A stretch of 30,669 nucleotides of DNA, from positions 1 to 30,669 of the IMG/VR virus record IMGVR_UViG_3300011339_000790. One strand, given 5' to 3'. Origin of the DNA: a virus. Taxonomy: Duplodnaviria > Caudoviricetes. Shown piece after piece: positions 27,393 through 30,669 of this stretch (its first letter is position 1; each line of letters begins with the position of its first letter). A model generated the notes under the pieces. It had not been told where the DNA came from and did no database searches. It saw only the letters and a program-made list of their open reading frames with translations. Made by a program: the position numbers and the translations under genes.

Positions 27393-27805
27393 AAACAGCA
27401 AAACAAATAGCTATTGAGGAACTTCTGGAGCAAATCGAATTTTATAATTTAGATTATATTCAAGAGCGTTTGATTATGGAAGCAATTTGGAGTGATGAAT
27501 GGGACATGGTAGAGCAATACGACGGTTGTACAAGTGTGCCCGAATTTCACATCAATAAATATGTTTTCGATTGTTTTGTGCACGATTTTCATTGGCAAAG
27601 CGGACGCGGTGGAAAAGTAGCGGATGAAATTTTTTATAGCTTAATGATAGCGCGTGGATTTCCAAAGTTCAAAGCAAAAAAAAGATATTACGGCGTTCGC
27701 TTAGCGTGGAATTTATGGTATAAATGGAAGCACAAGAAAAAAAATAATGTTCGTCCGCTTACTTTAGGCATGAAAAATTGGTTAAAGAATAATAAAAATT
27801 ATTAG
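27389..27805 (+). CDS. DUF1353-like / phospholipase A2-like helical protein
   Basis: DGCTSVP...CFVHDFHW...ADEIF...M...Y.GVR motif. Confidence 0.55.
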   Translation: MKTAKQIAIEELLEQIEFYNLDYIQERLIMEAIWSDEWDMVEQYDGCTSVPEFHINKYVFDCFVHDFHWQSGRGGKVADEIFYSLMIARGFPKFKAKKRYYGVRLAWNLWYKWKHKKKNNVRPLTLGMKNWLKNNKNY

Positions 27806-27809
27806 TTTT

Positions 27810-28142
27810 GTGAACATGAACGAGATAAACGACTTTACGAAATTAATCCTTAATGAGCTGGAGCGAAATCGAACTAGCGTAGAAAATTTAAAAATAAATT
27901 TAGATAAAAAATTTGACGATTTGCAACGTGAAATTGTTAAAATTCAAACAGCCGAAAAAGATTTACATGATTTAAAACTTTGGCACAAAGAAGTAACGGA
28001 CACATGGAGTGCAAGACAGATGAAAGAAGCCAAAGATGAAATTTATGAGCAAAAAAATAAATGGTCTAAGGCAATAGGATTATTAATTGCTGTTGAAGTA
28101 ATAATAGGCTTTATAATTTCGTGGATTTTAAAAAAGTTCTAA
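27810..28142 (+). CDS. Coiled-coil protein with C-terminal transmembrane helix (holin/antiholin-like)
   Basis: Heptad-rich N-terminus, then AIGLLIAVEVIIGFIISWIL and KKF; in the lysis region. Confidence 0.6.
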   Translation: MNMNEINDFTKLILNELERNRTSVENLKINLDKKFDDLQREIVKIQTAEKDLHDLKLWHKEVTDTWSARQMKEAKDEIYEQKNKWSKAIGLLIAVEVIIGFIISWILKKF

Positions 28143-28143
28143 C

Positions 28144-28542
28144 ATGGAAACTTTTAAAAAATTTGAAGATATTAAAATCTTAAGCAATAAAATATCTAAT
28201 ATTTTTAAGCAAAATGAATTGCTGAAAATGGCAATTAACACAAGCCACGAGGGTATAGCAATTCTGAACGATAAAGGCGAGTATATATATATGAATGAAG
28301 CACACGCTGAGATGTTTGGTTATACCGTAGATGAATTAATCGGTAAAACGTGGCAAATTTTATATAAAGAAAAAGATATTGAATACTTTATTAATGAAGT
28401 ATTCCCTATTATAGAGCAGAATGGTAAATGGTCAGGAAGATATATTGGTTATGCTAAGAACGGAACACCAGTATATGAAGAAGTTTATTTAACTTCTTTA
28501 CCAAATGGGGGGCTGGTATGTACATGTAGAATAATAATTTAA
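28144..28542 (+). CDS. Stand-alone PAS/PAC sensor domain protein
   Basis: AINTSHEGIAILNDKGEYIYMNEAHAEMFGYTVDELIGK (PAS core), W.G.....KNG.....E..LT (PAC) and a terminal RII in place of the usual DIT. Confidence 0.92.
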   Translation: METFKKFEDIKILSNKISNIFKQNELLKMAINTSHEGIAILNDKGEYIYMNEAHAEMFGYTVDELIGKTWQILYKEKDIEYFINEVFPIIEQNGKWSGRYIGYAKNGTPVYEEVYLTSLPNGGLVCTCRIII

Positions 28543-28553
28543 AAATAAATAAA

Positions 28554-28823
28554 ATGTTTAAAAAATTTCTATTTAAAATTAATCCTATTGAGGTTATAAA
28601 AGCACTAAAAAAAACTGATACAAACGTAATGGTAAAAGGAGTAACCCAAATGGGGGGCGGTGGAGTGTTGATTACTTCGGGTATTACGCTAATTACAGAC
28701 GGATCAATGAATAAAAGTTGGTACGAAATAGTTGGAGGTTGTGCCCTTATAATTGCAGGGGTTTACATTGCTAAGAATTTAACTGATAAAATCGAGAAAA
28801 TAAAAGATGAAACTAACAGTTAA
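28554..28823 (+). CDS. Putative holin (two hydrophobic segments)
   Basis: Two Gly-rich hydrophobic helices and a charged C-terminus; overlaps the endolysin start. Confidence 0.6.
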   Translation: MFKKFLFKINPIEVIKALKKTDTNVMVKGVTQMGGGGVLITSGITLITDGSMNKSWYEIVGGCALIIAGVYIAKNLTDKIEKIKDETNS

Positions 28824-29253
28824 TTTTTCTTTAAAAGAGTTCATGGAGGGCGAAATGCCTAAGGAAGCTATAAAGATGAACTACGATTTATTAACTGATG
28901 AACAGCGAAAAAACATCGGTTTAATTGCGATTGAATTACAAAAACTAAGGGATAAAACCAAAGCAGAATTTGGCTCTAAATTTACAGGGTTCAAAATTAC
29001 ATCAGGTTTACGACAAAAAGAGTGGGAATTAAAGCAAAAACGTTCAGGAAATAGCCAACACGTTAAAGGCTGGGCGGTTGATTTCCAACCTATTTGCTCA
29101 AATGAGGATTATTTAATTATTTTCGGGTGGGTATTTAAGCAGTTAGAAAACTTTAACGGTGGTGTAGCACAAAAAAAACCCAACTTAAAAGCTGGGTTAA
29201 AAGGTTTTATTCATTTTGATTTGCGCGGTGTTCGTGCCCGTTGGGAATATTAA
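28807..29253 (+). CDS. Endolysin, peptidase M15 family
   Basis: NFSLKEF, ITSGLR, SQH..G.AVD and FIHFDLRG zinc-peptidase motifs. Confidence 0.92.
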   Translation: MKLTVNFSLKEFMEGEMPKEAIKMNYDLLTDEQRKNIGLIAIELQKLRDKTKAEFGSKFTGFKITSGLRQKEWELKQKRSGNSQHVKGWAVDFQPICSNEDYLIIFGWVFKQLENFNGGVAQKKPNLKAGLKGFIHFDLRGVRARWEY

Positions 29254-29262
29254 TAATTAGAT

Positions 29263-29346
29263 TTATAACATAATAAAATCCACTATAATGTTAATAAATA
29301 AACCTATTAAAAATCCGTATAGGAATATGAGTAGTTCTTTTTTCAT
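29263..29346 (-). CDS. 27-aa hydrophobic peptide (MKKELLIFLYGFLIGLFINIIVDFIML)
   Basis: Translated by hand; last gene of the tightly packed leftward arm. Confidence 0.5.
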   Translation of the reverse strand: MKKELLIFLYGFLIGLFINIIVDFIML

Positions 29347-29348
29347 AA

Positions 29349-29486
29349 TTAAAATCTAATTGATACACTCCAAAAAATAAAATGCAATCTTAAAATATAC
29401 TTTTTTTGTATAAAATACTGAAATTTCCAAAACATAACGCTAAATCCAAATGTTTCGTAATCCTTATTAATTATTATTTTTTTCAT
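29349..29486 (-). CDS. 45-aa aromatic/basic hypothetical protein
   Basis: Translated by hand (MKKIIINKDYETFGFSVMFWKFQYF...); ATGA overlap with the upstream gene. Confidence 0.55.
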   Translation of the reverse strand: MKKIIINKDYETFGFSVMFWKFQYFIQKKYILRLHFIFWSVSIRF

Positions 29487-29662
29487 TTTATAAAATGTTG
29501 GTTTAATTGATTAATCATGATTTCGGTTGATAACGGAAAACAAGTGTGCGACCATAAGTGATAATCACATTCTTCATCGCTCCAATCAGGTTTAAAATAG
29601 CGTACGCAATCAATACCTGTAAACTTGTTATCAATTGCGTGTTTTAGTGTTAATGGGTTCAT
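29483..29662 (-). CDS. 59-aa hypothetical protein
   Basis: Translated by hand: MNPLTLKHAIDNKFTGIDCVRYFKPDWSDEECDYHLWSHTCFP...; just below the track's size cut-off. Confidence 0.7.
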   Translation of the reverse strand: MNPLTLKHAIDNKFTGIDCVRYFKPDWSDEECDYHLWSHTCFPLSTEIMINQLNQHFIK

Positions 29663-29666
29663 ATTA

Positions 29667-29819
29667 TTAATCGTTTTTAAAAATAATTATTAACCAAAAA
29701 ACTTGCAACATGATACCCGTTATTGGGATACATATCGGTATTTTGAAAAAGCCGTAAAATATCCACAGCAATAAACCAAAACACATTAGTGAGATTGTGA
29801 TAATATTTTTTGTCTCCAT
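29667..29819 (-). CDS. 50-aa two-TM membrane protein
   Basis: METKNIITISLMCFGLLLWIFYGFFKIPICIPITGIMLQVFWLIIIFKND. It has an ATG start and fits between its neighbours without overlap, so I prefer it to track ORF 29677..29889. Confidence 0.6.
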   Translation of the reverse strand: METKNIITISLMCFGLLLWIFYGFFKIPICIPITGIMLQVFWLIIIFKND

Positions 29820-29824
29820 ATCCT

Positions 29825-30040
29825 TTAAATTTCCATGTATAACTCCTTATTTTCGTAATCTTTTTGCCATTGTTGGCGAATATCAACACAATCTTTAATT
29901 GTTGCTTTAGCGTTGTACATTTTCAAAGTTCGATAAATTAAATCTGCAGTTTGGTAATCGAAATTAAACCCTACTGCATTAAACAACACTTGTATTTTTT
30001 CAATCTCAATTTGCTTGTGTTCTTGTTTTACTCTTTTCAT
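29825..30040 (-). CDS. Hypothetical protein
   Basis: 71-aa ORF in the leftward operon. Confidence 0.7.
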   Translation of the reverse strand: MKRVKQEHKQIEIEKIQVLFNAVGFNFDYQTADLIYRTLKMYNAKATIKDCVDIRQQWQKDYENKELYMEI

Positions 30041-30051
30041 TTTCTTTTCTT

Positions 30052-30384
30052 TTATTTTAAATTATCGTCTTTTTCTAATTCATTATAAATATTTAAGCCT
30101 TTATCGCTTAAACCAACCATCCACATTCCTTCATCATCAGCTCTACCAACATCAATATTATCTACATGGTCGTTATTACTATGTTTTTTAAAATCATCAT
30201 AATAAATAGGATTTCCTCTAGGATTTATAATATCGTCTGCAAAATCGATAACTAATTTACCGTTATAGGCATGAAGTGTACCGTACTGGTTTACAAGTAA
30301 AATTTTTAATTTTTTACAATCTGTATAAGCTTTTTTTAATCTGTTAAAAGCCAACTTTTGTTCTTTTTCTAGTTCAAAGTTCAT
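30052..30384 (-). CDS. Hypothetical protein
   Basis: 110-aa ORF in the leftward operon. Confidence 0.7.
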   Translation of the reverse strand: MNFELEKEQKLAFNRLKKAYTDCKKLKILLVNQYGTLHAYNGKLVIDFADDIINPRGNPIYYDDFKKHSNNDHVDNIDVGRADDEGMWMVGLSDKGLNIYNELEKDDNLK

Positions 30385-30390
30385 TTTATT

Positions 30391-30669
30391 TTATTTTAAA
30401 TTAATTATTTCCTCCAAATCAACACTATCCAAAACCGCATCGAGTTTGTCGATTAAAGCATCTGTTACTTCATCTGTTAACGTGTTACGCATACTTTTTT
30501 CAATCCTACCTAAAACTATCGTAGTTGTATCCATTGTAAGGTTCAAATTTTTCATTGCATCGGCAATTTTCTTATCCACTACTTTTTTGTTGGGAATGCT
30601 TAACTGGTCGTACTTGTATTGTTGCTTCAATACTTGTATATTTGCTTCCTGTATCGTTTTTTTACATCC
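30391..30669 (-). CDS. Hypothetical protein, frame open to the right edge
   Basis: The frame of track ORF 30391..30630 stays open to 30669 (GCKKTIQEANIQV...), so the true start is uncertain. Confidence 0.65.
   Translation of the reverse strand, partial: GCKKTIQEANIQVLKQQYKYDQLSIPNKKVVDKKIADAMKNLNLTMDTTTIVLGRIEKSMRNTLTDEVTDALIDKLDAVLDSVDLEEIINLK

Noticed and set aside
29667-29819. Resemblance of GLLLWIFYG to SemiSWEET/PQ-loop transporters
   Set aside because: There is no PQ motif or first helix, and the similarity is too short to support a call.
29677-29889. Track ORF of 70 aa
   Set aside because: It has a TTG start and a 65-nt overlap with the upstream gene; the ATG-started 29667..29819 frame fits better.
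30572-30580. Near-consensus DnaA box TTATCCACT
   Set aside because: Single imperfect copy inside a coding region; expected by chance.
1-30669. Alternative genetic code, or restriction-site avoidance (GGCC and CCGG seemed scarce)
   Set aside because: Genes are intact under the standard code with all three stops in use. Site depletion needs a k-mer count against a Markov null, which I cannot do reliably by eye.

Overview
The window looks like a complete or nearly complete ~30.7 kb AT-rich genome of a tailed phage, probably a siphovirus. The host is probably in the Bacteroidota (Flavobacteriia-like): TAnnTTTG promoter boxes recur, gene leaders are A-rich and lack Shine-Dalgarno sites, and the primase is of the BT4734/VirE type. 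A leftward early arm (1-3413, continuing at 29263-30669) encodes a YqaJ exonuclease, its probable annealing partner, a compact C5 methyltransferase and a DnaA domain IV-like protein. A divergent promoter region with a tiny ribbon-helix-helix (RHH) gene follows. The rightward genes cover replication (primase-helicase, repeat-rich origin, NUMOD4-HNH-AP2 endonuclease, SF2 helicase, VRR-NUC), packaging and head (ParB-methyltransferase, TerS, TerL, portal, protease, HK97 capsid), a rearranged tail module and a lysis module. I saw no integrase, tRNA or CRISPR array. The four most notable observations are: (1) a stand-alone PAS sensor domain embedded in the lysis cassette; (2) a late-operon leader that is antisense to the start regions of several early genes; (3) a GT2-like glycosyltransferase right after the capsid gene, fused to a small domain with its own internal promoter; (4) a kissing-loop/terminator leader in front of the HNH gene. 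All protein calls come from recognising motifs by eye; no searches were run.
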